From positions 1,504,001 to 1,568,000 of the forward strand of contig OZ244799.1 of the NCBI GenBank assembly GCA_965219955.1: DNA of 64,000 nucleotides. The letters are read 5' to 3'. The position numbers and the translations under genes were made by a program. The notes under the pieces were generated by a model that made no database searches, was not told the DNA's origin, and saw only the letters and a list, made by a program, of their open reading frames with translations. Within the stretch, counting starts at the first letter, position 1, and each line of letters begins with the position of its first letter. Positions 20,623 to 31,169 of the stretch are shown piece after piece. The DNA is from a bacterium (GTDB lineage Bacteria > UBA8248).

Positions 20623-23600
20623 GTGAGCGAAATGGCGAAACTCCTCAAAAAAGTGTTCAGCATCCAGGAAGAGGAGTTGCTCGTCTTCTCGGTGTTCTTT
20701 TTCTTCTACTTCCTGATCGGGGTTCAGTTCTCCATCGGGCTCACCGTATCCGAAGCGTTGTTCCTCTCGGAAGTCGGCCCGGGGTTTCTCCCCTACATGT
20801 ACATATTCAACGCCCTGATGATCATCTTCATCAGCACGTTCTACTCCTCGCTGACCGAAAAACTCTCCATCCCGGCGATGTTCAAGACCGTCCTGATATT
20901 TTTCATCGTGCTCGTTTTCGGCATCAAGCTGCTCATCTTCGCGGATTTCCGCGCCTACGCGATGCCGATCGCATTCCCGCTCCTCCACACGCTGTTCGTG
21001 ATGTTCACGAACATGCTGCCGAACAATTTCCGCGCCCTCTACGGCCAGTATCTCGACGTCCTGCAGTCGAAGCGGCTGGTTCCGATCATCCTCACGGGCG
21101 GACGCTACGGCGGCATTGTCGGCGGCCTCGCCATTCCGCTGCTCATCCCCGTTCTCGGGAGCGTCTCGAATCTGCTCTACGTGTGGATTGGGGCCATCGT
21201 CGTCAGCATCGGGGTGGTGCAATACGCCGAATGGCGGCTCAGAGATCACCTCATCGACGATGCGCGTCCCAAAAAGCGCAAGGCGAAGAAGACGGCCTCA
21301 AAAGGCGGCAACATCGCATTGATGAAGACGAACAGGTACGTCTGCGCGTTCGCCCTGTTCAGCTTCATCGTGGTGATCCTCAGGAGTTTTCAGGATTTCC
21401 AATACAGCCTCGTCTTTCGCGAGGTCTTTCCCGACCGCGCGCAACTCGCCTCGTTCCTCGGGTATTTCACCGCCATCGGAAGCGCCTTCTCCCTGCTCGT
21501 CCAGACGTTCATCACCCCGCGCATCATCAAGCGTCTCGGCCTGGGCACGGCGAACCTCCTCTACCCGCTCACGACCATCATCGGCCTCGCCGGCATGGCG
21601 ATCTCGCCCGGCTTCTACTCCGCCGTCTTCCTGCGCTTCAACAACAAGAACCTCCAGGAATCGATTCGAAACGCCATCAACGCCCTGCTCTACAACGCCG
21701 TCTCCCCCTCGATCCGCGCGAGGGTCGGCGCGTTCGTCGCGGGCCAGGTGGTCGCCGTGGCCAGCATCGTCAGCGGCGTCGCCCTGCTCATCATCAAGCC
21801 CACCGGTCTCGCCCTCTTCCCGCTCAGCGCAGGCCAACTGGCGCTCATCTCCTTGTTCATCGCCTTCGCCTATCTGGCCGTCGGCTTCTTCGTGCGCCAT
21901 GAATACGGCGCGGCCCTGCGCCGGATGCTCGAGGAGAGGAACTTAGGGTTATTCCGCTACGCCCAGGAGGGGTTCGGCCCGGTTGACGACGAGAACATGG
22001 CGATACTCAGAAAAAACATCCGCGAGGGGGATGATGACCTTTGCGTCTTCACAGCCCGGATGATGGCGGAAAGCGGCAGAAGCGAGACCTTCTCTATTAT
22101 TCTCGGGGAAATCCCGCGGCGAAAGGGATATGCCGCAGCCGAGTTGCTCAAAATTCTCGCCAGGGCTCCAGGAGCCGAAGAAGGCGAGAAAATGCGGCCC
22201 TTGCTCGAGGAATACCTCACCTGCGGAGAACCCGTCCTGCAGTGCGCCGCCATGGACGCGGCGGAAACGGTCGGGCTCACCGATGAGACGGCGGATCTGG
22301 TCCATGAAAACCTGGAGAGCCGCTCGCCCGAGGTCAGGGCGCGCGCCGTCGAACTGCTGGTGCGCTCCGACGATCTGTTCTGGCTCGCCAACGGACTCCA
22401 AACACTGCACCGGATGCTCAACGAAGAAGACGCGGCGGCGAGGGTCTGCGCCCTGCGGTGCATGGGGGAACTTCAGAACCCGCGCTTCATCAGACGCTTG
22501 ATCCCCTATCTCTACCAGGAGGAGGAAAAAGTCCGCGAAGCCGCTTTGGAGGCGATAGAAGTATTGGCCCTGAATCAGGGGGTCGACGAGGAGAAGATGG
22601 AGGAAGTCATCCGGGTGACCACTTCGGATGAGAGTGCGGCCATCAGGCGCAGAGGCGTCAGGCAACTGGGCAACAAGGGCTCGAGGGAGAATTTCGAGCG
22701 CGTCCTGACCGCTCTTTCGGACGTCGATTCGCTGGTGAGGAGGCAGGCCGTCGATTCGCTCAAGAACATGAAGCGAAAAGGAACCCTCTCTCTCGAGGGC
22801 TCGGGTCTGATTTCATTCGCCGCCCCGCTTTTGTTCAGAAGCGCTAAAAACGGCTCCCGCGAAATGAGCGCGCAGGAAATCGTGGACTCCCTCTCCGGGT
22901 TCGCCGTGGAGCACCTGAAGGAAGTCTACGGCGTCATCAATCACCTCCACGTCATCGAAAGCCGGGAAAACGCATCCGCCTTCACGATGTTGAGAAAAGC
23001 GCTCGAAGACGTCGTCGCGGAAAGGCAACTGGTTCTGCTGGAATTATTGGGGGTGATAGGAGACGAGAAAACAGTGGACACCGTGTCGGAATCCCTCGCC
23101 CGTGGCGGATCGTCGTCGAGGGCAATCGCCATCGAGACGCTCTCGAACTTCTCCTCGTCCGGCAATACGAGAGTCCTCATTCTCGCCCTGGAGCCTCTGT
23201 TGCTGGGCAGGTCGACGGCCGACAAGGTTTCCGAGGGCAGGAAACTTTGGGAGATCCCCGATGAATCGATTGGCGAGGTGCTCTCGACATACATGAATTC
23301 CGAAAACGCGTGGCTCCGGGCCATCGCTCTCGACGCGGCGGGCAAGCACCTCGAAAGCGAAGCGGGTGGAGCTGCCGCCGAATGGCGCGAGCAGTTCAGG
23401 GCGCGGGCAACCGAGGACGACCCGTACGTCCGCGAGGCGGCGGTTGCCGCATTGAAAATTATCGGGAAAGATGAAGACGATGTTGAGGCGTTCTTGAGAA
23501 CCATGGAGAATGACGAGAACCAAATGGTGCGCATTCAGGTGCGCCGCGAGTTGCTCCGTTACGAGGACGGTGGGGAAAACTTATCCAGGCAGGAGAAAAT

Positions 23601-24030
23601 CATGCTCTCGACCATCGAAAAAGCCCTGTTTCTGAAAGGCGTCAACATGTTCGAGACGATGAGCGCGGATGAACTGAAAATACTGAGCAACATCTCCAGG
23701 GAAATCCAGATAGAGTCGGGCAAGGTTCTTTTCGAGCAAGGAGACTCTTGCGACTATCTCTACGTCATCGTGGACGGGGAAATCGAAATCATCCTCAATC
23801 AGGAGGACGCAGAGCCCAGGATTCTCGCCACGCTCGGCCCGCCGACCTCGTTCGGCGAAATCGCGCTCTTTGGCGACGAGGGCAGGAGCGCAGGCGCGCG
23901 AGCGAGCAAGGACACCTCTTTGCTCGGCATCGAGAAAGAACCCCTTCTCGAACTGATTCACGAGCACCCCACCATTTCCATCGCCATCATCGGCCAACTG
24001 GCCGGCATCATCAGAAGCCAGAACGAATAG
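20623..24030 (+). CDS. Npt/TLC-like MFS membrane domain fused to HEAT repeats and a C-terminal cNMP-binding domain
   Basis: About 12 hydrophobic segments with SKRLVPII and RIIKRLG; HEAT-like VRARAV/VREAAL repeats; LFEQGD, LYVIVDGEI, FGEIALF and RSA cNMP motifs. Confidence 0.8.
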   Translation: MSEMAKLLKKVFSIQEEELLVFSVFFFFYFLIGVQFSIGLTVSEALFLSEVGPGFLPYMYIFNALMIIFISTFYSSLTEKLSIPAMFKTVLIFFIVLVFGIKLLIFADFRAYAMPIAFPLLHTLFVMFTNMLPNNFRALYGQYLDVLQSKRLVPIILTGGRYGGIVGGLAIPLLIPVLGSVSNLLYVWIGAIVVSIGVVQYAEWRLRDHLIDDARPKKRKAKKTASKGGNIALMKTNRYVCAFALFSFIVVILRSFQDFQYSLVFREVFPDRAQLASFLGYFTAIGSAFSLLVQTFITPRIIKRLGLGTANLLYPLTTIIGLAGMAISPGFYSAVFLRFNNKNLQESIRNAINALLYNAVSPSIRARVGAFVAGQVVAVASIVSGVALLIIKPTGLALFPLSAGQLALISLFIAFAYLAVGFFVRHEYGAALRRMLEERNLGLFRYAQEGFGPVDDENMAILRKNIREGDDDLCVFTARMMAESGRSETFSIILGEIPRRKGYAAAELLKILARAPGAEEGEKMRPLLEEYLTCGEPVLQCAAMDAAETVGLTDETADLVHENLESRSPEVRARAVELLVRSDDLFWLANGLQTLHRMLNEEDAAARVCALRCMGELQNPRFIRRLIPYLYQEEEKVREAALEAIEVLALNQGVDEEKMEEVIRVTTSDESAAIRRRGVRQLGNKGSRENFERVLTALSDVDSLVRRQAVDSLKNMKRKGTLSLEGSGLISFAAPLLFRSAKNGSREMSAQEIVDSLSGFAVEHLKEVYGVINHLHVIESRENASAFTMLRKALEDVVAERQLVLLELLGVIGDEKTVDTVSESLARGGSSSRAIAIETLSNFSSSGNTRVLILALEPLLLGRSTADKVSEGRKLWEIPDESIGEVLSTYMNSENAWLRAIALDAAGKHLESEAGGAAAEWREQFRARATEDDPYVREAAVAALKIIGKDEDDVEAFLRTMENDENQMVRIQVRRELLRYEDGGENLSRQEKIMLSTIEKALFLKGVNMFETMSADELKILSNISREIQIESGKVLFEQGDSCDYLYVIVDGEIEIILNQEDAEPRILATLGPPTSFGEIALFGDEGRSAGARASKDTSLLGIEKEPLLELIHEHPTISIAIIGQLAGIIRSQNE

Positions 24031-24156
24031 CCTGGGCAGGAGGTGGAAGCGGGGCATGGGCGCCCGCCTTCATCTTCGTGAACCACCTTGTGTTTTCTGC
24101 ATATTCCCGCCGCAAGCAGGCTGAATTGCGCTACGTTAAAACTACCCGCTCTGCGG

Positions 24157-24185
24157 TTGACGCCCGTCCTGCCCATACCTATAAT
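24157..24185 (+). promoter_or_regulatory. sigma70 promoter upstream of the multiheme cytochrome c
   Basis: TTGACG, 17 nt, TATAAT. Confidence 0.75.
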
Positions 24186-24253
24186 CAGCCGGATTTTAGC
24201 CAAAGAACCCGGATTTTCCGCTCAGAACGCCGGTGGGGGAGCGTTTTTTCAAG

Positions 24254-27181
24254 ATGCAAGGTCGAGACTTCAAACCTCCGGAAGAAAAAACCAGTCCTAT
24301 ATCGTTTTTCATCCTAGGGCTCATCATGGTCGCGGTGACGTTCTGGACCGTCTGGGACGAAGCGTTCACGCGCAGACCCTGGAAGCAATACCAGAAACAG
24401 TTCAACGCTTATGAAAGAGCGCAGGTAGAGAAAGAGCTCGCCAGCCTCAAGAAAACCACCGGCTCGAAGGTTTCCGAACTCGACAAGAAGATCGCCGCGC
24501 TGCAACAAAAACTCGCGGGCGACGAAGAGTTGAAAAGCCTCAAGGAAGAACTCACGAAGGGCGAACTCGACGCTTTCGAGAAGGTGCAGGAGCTTGGCTT
24601 CAGAAAAGCGCTCTTCGATCAGTCCTACTTCTATCTCCAGGAAGCCATCCGGCAGGGGCACGACAAAAAAACCGAGCAAACCGAAGTCGACGAAGCCAAG
24701 GCCCTGCTCGATGAGATAACGCCCGTCGCGGCGAAGGCTGAAGCCGCGAGAGACGCGATAAAAGCGAAGATTGCGGCCAAGGAAAAAGAGCTGAAAACGC
24801 TCCAGGCGACGCGACGGAAAGTGGCGGGCGACATTTCCTTCCAGGAGCGGCGGCTGCAAGGCATCGCCGCCCGCCCCTATGAGATCAACCAGCTCGTCCT
24901 GCGCGAATACGAACGGAACAACTTCAACGAACCGGTGATGAAGGTGGAACGGTGCCAGACCTGTCACTTGGGCATCAACCGGGCGGGCTTCGAGAATGCG
25001 CCCCAGCCGTTCCGCACGCATCCCAACAGACGCCTTTATCTCACGACGCACGAATTCAACAAGGTCGGCTGCACGCTTTGCCACGGAGGACAGGGCTCGG
25101 CCGTCACCAGCCTCAATACGGCCCACGGCCATGTACAGTTCTGGGAAGACCCCCTTCTCCACGGCAGCGAAACACAAACCAAGTGCAGAAGCTGCCACAC
25201 CGAGATTTTCAACATCCCGGAAGCGCCCAAGATCTCGCGCGGAATCTCCCTCACCAGGGAGCTGGGCTGCAACGGCTGCCACACCCTCCCGGGCACGGAA
25301 GGCCTGCGCAAGGTGGGGCCGGACCTCTCGAGAATCCAGGAGAAAGTGGCGCCCGCCTGGCTCGTCTCCTGGGTCAAGAAGCCGAAAGACTACAACCCGC
25401 GCACCCGCATGCCGTATTTCAGCTTCACCGATCAGGAAGCGCTGGACATCGCCACGTACGTCTGGCGGCAGGGCCCGCGCAAGGTGGAATCCGCCAAGTT
25501 CCCGAGTCTCGATGACGCAGCGCTAATCAAAAAAGGAAAATCCATCTTTGAAGAAGTCGGGTGCCTGGGTTGTCACATCCGAAACGATAAAGACCTGGAA
25601 CCCGGTCCCCCGCTCGAGGGCGTGAACGGCAGGCCCATCGTGTACAGGAACCGCGATTTCGCACCGGCGCTCCAGAACATCGGCGCCAAGGTCCAGCCCG
25701 ACTGGCTGTTCCGCTGGCTCAAGAACCCCAGGTCGTACTGGCACGACACCAAGATGCCGAGCCTCCGTCTCACGGATGAGGAAGCGAGCGCGGTCACCAC
25801 TTACCTCGTCAGCCTCACGCCCCCCGCGAAACGGCCGAAACCCAGAAAACTGGGCGATGAGGCCTCGTTCGAGCGCGGCAAGAAACTCGTGGCGACGCGC
25901 GGGTGTTTCGGCTGCCACGTCATCCCCGGCACCGAGAAGCTCTCCAAAATCGGGCCGGACCTGACCCGCTTCGCGGCCAAAAAGCCGTTCGAGCTCTCAT
26001 TCGGCAACGTGGTCGACATGCCCCACACCTGGGAGTCGTGGACCTTCGGCAAGCTGAAAAATCCGCAACTCTACCAGACCGAGCGCGAGACGCTGCTCAT
26101 GCCGAACTTCGAATTCTCGGATGCGGAGGTCTCCGCCATACGCACCCTGCTGCGCTCCATGACGCCGCACGGCGCGCCGCACAGCGTCCACCAGGTGCTC
26201 GACACGCGCGCCAGGCGGATCGAAAACGGCCGCCGGATGATCGAGAAATACAACTGCAACGGCTGCCACGTCATCGAGAACTGGGGGGGCGACCTGCTCA
26301 GGCGCTATGAAGACAAGACGAACGGTCCGCCCCTGCTGAACGGCGAGGGCCGAAAGGTGCAGCCCGAGTGGTTCTTCGGCTTCCTGCGCAACGTCGTTAC
26401 GCTGAGACCCTGGCTCAAGGTGCGGATGCCCAGCTTCGAGATGCCCGAGAAAGACGCCGCGGCGCTCGTGGATTACTTCGCCGCGCTGGACTCGAAGCTC
26501 AACCCCTACATCCATTTCGACGCCAAGAGCGTGAGTGCGGAAAACCTCCAGGCCGGCAAAAAGCTCTTTGGCATGGCCGAATGCCTCGCCTGTCACGGCG
26601 AATGGCCGCCCCCGCCGGGCCAGGAACCCCCTACGGCGCCGAACCTGCTGTTCGCCAAGGAACGCCTGCGTCCCGACTGGGTCGTCGACTGGCTCATCTA
26701 CCCGGGCAGAATCCAGCCGGGAACCAAGATGCCCAACTTCTTCGAGGGGGCGGGTTCTCAGGCCCAAATCGTCAAAGGCGTCCGGGGCGAGAAGGAAGAC
26801 GACCTGTTCATCTACGAACTCGAAGCCACGGAAGAAGTCGAGTTGCCCGAAGAGCAATTCGCCACCCTTCGCGTCGGCGGCGCCACCCATCTCGTGAAGG
26901 TGGCGGAAATAGACGAGAAGAAGATGACCATCTCCTCGCCTGCCGATCTCGGAAAAACCATCGGCAAGGCGACGATAGAGAGCCACGGCGAGCCCATCGA
27001 CGAGGAACTCCTGGGCGGTGACGCGTACCGGCAAATCCGCGCGATGCGCGACTACCTGATGATCGAGACGAATTTCCTCAAACCCGCCGAGTCCAGCGCG
27101 AAGAACGACGCGCCTCAAACCGGGAAGCCCGAAAAAGAGGCCGAAGCCGAACAGGCCGATAGCGACGCATCGCCGAGCTAG
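24254..27181 (+). CDS. Membrane-anchored octaheme cytochrome c (probable c-subunit of a Rieske/cytochrome b complex)
   Basis: N-terminal TM, coiled coil, and 8 CxxCH motifs (CQTCH, CTLCH, CRSCH, CNGCH, CLGCH, CFGCH, CNGCH, CLACH) with GPDL/MP class-I-like modules. Confidence 0.88.
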   Translation: MQGRDFKPPEEKTSPISFFILGLIMVAVTFWTVWDEAFTRRPWKQYQKQFNAYERAQVEKELASLKKTTGSKVSELDKKIAALQQKLAGDEELKSLKEELTKGELDAFEKVQELGFRKALFDQSYFYLQEAIRQGHDKKTEQTEVDEAKALLDEITPVAAKAEAARDAIKAKIAAKEKELKTLQATRRKVAGDISFQERRLQGIAARPYEINQLVLREYERNNFNEPVMKVERCQTCHLGINRAGFENAPQPFRTHPNRRLYLTTHEFNKVGCTLCHGGQGSAVTSLNTAHGHVQFWEDPLLHGSETQTKCRSCHTEIFNIPEAPKISRGISLTRELGCNGCHTLPGTEGLRKVGPDLSRIQEKVAPAWLVSWVKKPKDYNPRTRMPYFSFTDQEALDIATYVWRQGPRKVESAKFPSLDDAALIKKGKSIFEEVGCLGCHIRNDKDLEPGPPLEGVNGRPIVYRNRDFAPALQNIGAKVQPDWLFRWLKNPRSYWHDTKMPSLRLTDEEASAVTTYLVSLTPPAKRPKPRKLGDEASFERGKKLVATRGCFGCHVIPGTEKLSKIGPDLTRFAAKKPFELSFGNVVDMPHTWESWTFGKLKNPQLYQTERETLLMPNFEFSDAEVSAIRTLLRSMTPHGAPHSVHQVLDTRARRIENGRRMIEKYNCNGCHVIENWGGDLLRRYEDKTNGPPLLNGEGRKVQPEWFFGFLRNVVTLRPWLKVRMPSFEMPEKDAAALVDYFAALDSKLNPYIHFDAKSVSAENLQAGKKLFGMAECLACHGEWPPPPGQEPPTAPNLLFAKERLRPDWVVDWLIYPGRIQPGTKMPNFFEGAGSQAQIVKGVRGEKEDDLFIYELEATEEVELPEEQFATLRVGGATHLVKVAEIDEKKMTISSPADLGKTIGKATIESHGEPIDEELLGGDAYRQIRAMRDYLMIETNFLKPAESSAKNDAPQTGKPEKEAEAEQADSDASPS

Positions 27182-27203
27182 ACCTGAAGTTTCCAAACAA
27201 AAG

Positions 27204-27229
27204 AAGCGCCTCGCAAGGGGCGCTTTTTT
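27204..27229 (+). terminator. Rho-independent terminator
   Basis: AAGCGCCTC-GCAA-GGGGCGCTT followed by a T run. Confidence 0.8.
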
Positions 27230-27246
27230 GGTGATCAACCCCTCAT

Positions 27247-27717
27247 CGGGCTTGTTGAAAAAGCCTTTGTCAAAAAACCAACCCCCCCTACCCCCCCTTG
27301 TCAGGGGGGCAAGAAAAAGCAAAAGCCCCTCAACCGGCGGTGGGCGTCGCCTTTTTTTACCCCCCTGACAAGGAACTGTTGAAAAAGCCCGAGGAGAGAG
27401 AAATCACTCCCCCCTTGAGGGTCTGGCTTCCCGAGGGGAAAGCCAGACGAGGAAGCCGAGCGTTTTGTGCGAAGGCTGAATCGGTGGGGGGGTGAATCGC
27501 GTTTATCGCCATTCCGAATTATACCCCCCACCGAATCGCTTGCGGGCTTACGCCCTTAGCTCACCGTCGGGCATTCCCCTCGGGATGCCCGACCCTCCAG
27601 GGGGGAGTGATTCCACTTCCTGCTTCCCTGGCAATGACCCTAAAGGGGAGAGTGATTTTTCTCTCGTCGATTGGCTACATATCCCAATTACGAAATCCCG
27701 ACTTTTTCAACGGCCCT
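27247..27717. repeat. Composite intergenic repeat (MITE-like TIRs plus CTCCCCCCTTGA/GGGGGAGTGA palindromic units)
   Basis: TGTTGAAAAAG near 27253 and 27377, CTTTTTCAACGGCCC at 27702-27716; the same units recur in other spacers. Confidence 0.65.
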
Positions 27718-27957
27718 CTTAACGTCTGTTGCAAAACCCCATCGGAGGGGGTAATAACGCCTGCGCCTCCGCCCGGTTTCGGATTTTGGCCGCCGCAGCA
27801 AACCGCCCCTGTCGCCTCCGTAACGAGGCCCGGATCCAGGCGGACGCGAAACGCATAGTCAAATCCGACCGAGAAGGGTTTTACAACACCCGATACGCGC
27901 GAGCCGCCATTCGCACCCCCACCGTCCCGAATGCCCACCCTGCGCGGCGCTTCGACT

Positions 27958-28647
27958 TCATCGCGCCTTTCGCCTCACCCGCTCCTCGTTCACGCGCCTG
28001 TGGGCCGCGCGTATCACCTCGGGCAGGCGGAACCGGGAAGTGGCCGCAAGCACCCAATGGACAGAATCTTCGATGTCGATGAGGTGCCCGGGTGAGACGT
28101 ACACGGGCTTCACGCCCTTTCTCGTTCTGAGAACGGCGCCTATCTCCCGCCCATCGGGTGAGTGCAGGTACCGCCAGTCCCCTTTCTCATCTCCCGGCGG
28201 CTCGTCGGCGTCGCCGAACAAGCGGCTCTTGGCGCACCCGATGGAAGGCACGCCCAGGCGAAGGCCCAGGTGCGAGGCGATACCGAATCCCCTGGGATGG
28301 GCGGCGCCCTGCCCGTCGAAGATGATGAGGTCCGGTTTTTCCCTCAACCCCCAAAAAGCCTTCTCGAGCAAGAAACCCTCTCTGAAGGAGAGCAGTCCCG
28401 GCACGTAGGGAAACCGTAATTCTCCGCTGTGGAACGACTCGTCGATGGGTTGCAAATCCGGCCAGGAGAAAACGACCATGCCCCCGACGCCGAACCGCCC
28501 GCGCCACTCGCATGAGATGTCCGCGCCCGCAATCGTTCCCGGCGGGGACGACAGCGAATGCAGGGCAACGCGTTTTTGGAGCGTCTTTTGGATCTGAACT
28601 GCTTCGGCGGGCGCTATCTCCCAGGAGTGGCGCAGCAAGTCGGTCAT
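27958..28647 (-). CDS. nfi: Endonuclease V
   Basis: AGADIS, FPYVPGLLSFRE, DGQGAAHPRGFGIASHLG, GCAKSRL, KPVYVSPGH, RLPE. Confidence 0.95.
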   Translation of the reverse strand: MTDLLRHSWEIAPAEAVQIQKTLQKRVALHSLSSPPGTIAGADISCEWRGRFGVGGMVVFSWPDLQPIDESFHSGELRFPYVPGLLSFREGFLLEKAFWGLREKPDLIIFDGQGAAHPRGFGIASHLGLRLGVPSIGCAKSRLFGDADEPPGDEKGDWRYLHSPDGREIGAVLRTRKGVKPVYVSPGHLIDIEDSVHWVLAATSRFRLPEVIRAAHRRVNEERVRRKAR

Positions 28648-28752
28648 TTTCGCGTCATCGATTCACGAGGCGGGCGAGGTTTCCGGCGTCATTCGGCTCA
28701 TCAATGAAACATCCAGGATGCGCGCCACCCCGCCGAAACGGCGAAAAGCGTC

Positions 28753-30987
28753 CTACTCCGTGGGGATTTGCGGAACCTTCCCCTTGAGCGGGGCCACCTC
28801 GGGCGCAATGCGGTTGACGGAGAGGATGAATTTCTCGTCGCGAACCCTCTTGACGACGTCGTTGAGCTGGGCCAGGTCGTGCACCTGCACGTCCAGGCGA
28901 ATCTCCGCCTTGTCCTGAGCGGCCTCGGCCGCCACGCGGGAGATGTTCGCCTCACAACTCGCGATGGCGGCGCTCAGGCTCGCGAGAACACCCGGCCTGT
29001 CGCGCGCTTCGACCACGAGCGTCACCATGTGCATCTGGTCTTTGTCGACATCGCCCCAGGCAACCTCCACCAGGCGTTCCTCGTCGTCCATCAACGACTT
29101 GATGTTGGGACAACTCTCGTTGTGCACCGTCACGCCGCGTCCGCGCGTGATGAAACCCACGATCCCGTCGCCCGGAATCGGCTGGCAGCATTTTCCGTAG
29201 CGGATCAGGACGTCGTCCTGACCCTTGACGAGGATGCCCGCCCTGTTCTTGTGGCGGCTCACGCGATTCACGAGACGCCTGAGACGGGATTTCTCCCGTT
29301 TTTCCCTCTCCCGCACGAGTTGTTCGGGCAGCAATTTGTGCACCACCTGCCGCGCGGATACGCGCCCGAAACCTATTGAAATCAACAAATCTTTATCGCT
29401 TTGAGCCTCGAAGGACCGCGCGACCCCCTTCAATTCCTTCGGCTTCATGTATGAGGCGACCTCTTCTTTCGCCACACACCGTTCCAGTTCATTTTCGAGC
29501 AACTCGTGGCCGAGCGTGAGGGAGCGCTCCTTTTGCTCCTGCCTGATCCAGTTTCTGATTTTTTGTTTCGCCCGGGCGGTGACGACGAACTTCAGCCAGT
29601 CCGCACTTGGCTTGCGGTGCGGGTTCGTGATGATCTCGACGATGTCGCCATTCTCGAGCATCGTGCTCAGCGGCGTAATTTTTCCGTTGACCTTCGCACC
29701 CACGCTGTGGCTGCCCACCTCCGTGTGGATGGAAAAAGCGAAATCCACCGGCGTCGCCCCGCGCGGAAGGCTCTTCACCTCGCCCCTGGGCGTAAAGACG
29801 AACACCTCGTCCTGAAACAGATTGACCTTGACGGAATCAACCAGGTTCCTGGGGTCGGATTCCTCGTTCAGGCTCTCCACGATTCTCCTGATCCACTCGA
29901 ACTTGTCGGCCATACCGTCGTCGGCCTCGTCGCCCTCCTTGTACTTCCAGTGCGCGGCGATGCCCTCCTCCGCCACGCGGTGCATCTCCCTGGTGCGGAT
30001 CTGGAATTCCACCCTCTGGCCCTGCGGCCCCACGATGGTCGTGTGGAGAGACTGATACAGATTCGCCTTAGGCAAAGCGATGTAATCCTTGAAGCGTCCG
30101 GGAATGGGAGTCCACGTGGAGTGCAGGACCCCCAATACGGCATAACAATCCTGCACGGAATCCACGATGATTCTCACGCCGCAAATGTCATACACCTGAT
30201 GGAAATCCAGGTTTTGCGTCTGCATCTTCTCGTAAATGCTCGAATGGAGCTTGAACCTGGCGGACGCGGCGCCGTCGATGCCCTCCATCTCGAGAATCTC
30301 CTTCAATCGCTCCATCACGAGATCCATATACGCCTCGCGGTCTTTGAGACCGTCGCGGAGCTTCTCGTCGATTTCCAGGAATTCCCTGGGATGCAGGTGC
30401 TTGAACGCCACGTCCTCGAGCGCCCCCTTGAGCCACCCGATGCCGATGCGATTGGCGAGCGGGGCATATATTTCAGCCGTCTCCCTCGCAATGCGAACCC
30501 TGCTTTTCTGGGGAAGATGCTGGAGCGTCAGCGCGTTGTGGAGCCTGTCCGCGAGCTTGATGATGATGACGCGAATGTCTCTCGCCATGGCGATCAGCAT
30601 CTTGCGGTAGCTTTCCGCCTGGCGAACCTGGGTGTTCGAAACATCGATCTTCGCGAGCTTCGTGACGCCGTCCACGAGCTCGGAGACGTCTTTCCCGAAA
30701 TGCTCGCCAATCTCTTTGAGCGTCGTGGCGGTGTCCTCCACGGTGTCGTGGAGAAGCCCCGCGCATACGGTTTCGGGGTCCTGGCGCAACTCCGCGAGAA
30801 GCCGGGCCACTTCCAATGGATGGGAGATGTAGGGCTCGCCGGAAATGCGGGATTGGCCCTTATGGACCTTCGCGGTGAAGATGTAGGCCTTGGTGAGCAG
30901 ATCAGAGCAGTCCGGCGAGTATTCCTCGACCAGATCGACGATGTCCATGATCCGGGCCGGCGGGCGCGACGTCAAAACTGGAGGCAA
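28753..30987 (-). CDS. rel: Long RelA/SpoT homologue, bifunctional (p)ppGpp synthetase/hydrolase
   Basis: Intact HD motif (LLHDTVEDT), RFKDYIA..K.N.YQSLHT, TGS domain, CCQPIPGD and ACT domain. Confidence 0.95.
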   Translation of the reverse strand: MPPVLTSRPPARIMDIVDLVEEYSPDCSDLLTKAYIFTAKVHKGQSRISGEPYISHPLEVARLLAELRQDPETVCAGLLHDTVEDTATTLKEIGEHFGKDVSELVDGVTKLAKIDVSNTQVRQAESYRKMLIAMARDIRVIIIKLADRLHNALTLQHLPQKSRVRIARETAEIYAPLANRIGIGWLKGALEDVAFKHLHPREFLEIDEKLRDGLKDREAYMDLVMERLKEILEMEGIDGAASARFKLHSSIYEKMQTQNLDFHQVYDICGVRIIVDSVQDCYAVLGVLHSTWTPIPGRFKDYIALPKANLYQSLHTTIVGPQGQRVEFQIRTREMHRVAEEGIAAHWKYKEGDEADDGMADKFEWIRRIVESLNEESDPRNLVDSVKVNLFQDEVFVFTPRGEVKSLPRGATPVDFAFSIHTEVGSHSVGAKVNGKITPLSTMLENGDIVEIITNPHRKPSADWLKFVVTARAKQKIRNWIRQEQKERSLTLGHELLENELERCVAKEEVASYMKPKELKGVARSFEAQSDKDLLISIGFGRVSARQVVHKLLPEQLVREREKREKSRLRRLVNRVSRHKNRAGILVKGQDDVLIRYGKCCQPIPGDGIVGFITRGRGVTVHNESCPNIKSLMDDEERLVEVAWGDVDKDQMHMVTLVVEARDRPGVLASLSAAIASCEANISRVAAEAAQDKAEIRLDVQVHDLAQLNDVVKRVRDEKFILSVNRIAPEVAPLKGKVPQIPTE

Positions 30988-31080
30988 CGAATTTCCCCCT
31001 CTTTCGACCTGCTCGGACTGCTGACAAAAAAGAGCAAAATCAGGCTCTTTCGATCAAATATAGAGCCTCGATGAATGAAA

Positions 31081-31109
31081 ACGCTACCTGAGCCTCCATA
31101 CAGCGTCAA
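31081..31109 (-). promoter_or_regulatory. Putative sigma70 promoter for rel-nfi
   Basis: Minus strand TTGACG, 17 nt, TAGCGT. Confidence 0.5.
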
Positions 31110-31120
31110 GGAGATGGCAC

Positions 31121-31150
31121 AAAAAAACTCCCCCGTGTCCGGGGGAGTCC
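31121..31150 (-). terminator. Rho-independent terminator of the ferredoxin gene
   Basis: ACTCCCCCG-loop-CGGGGGAGT followed by a T run on the minus strand. Confidence 0.75.
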
Positions 31151-31169
31151 TCATATGATATGTCTCGTC

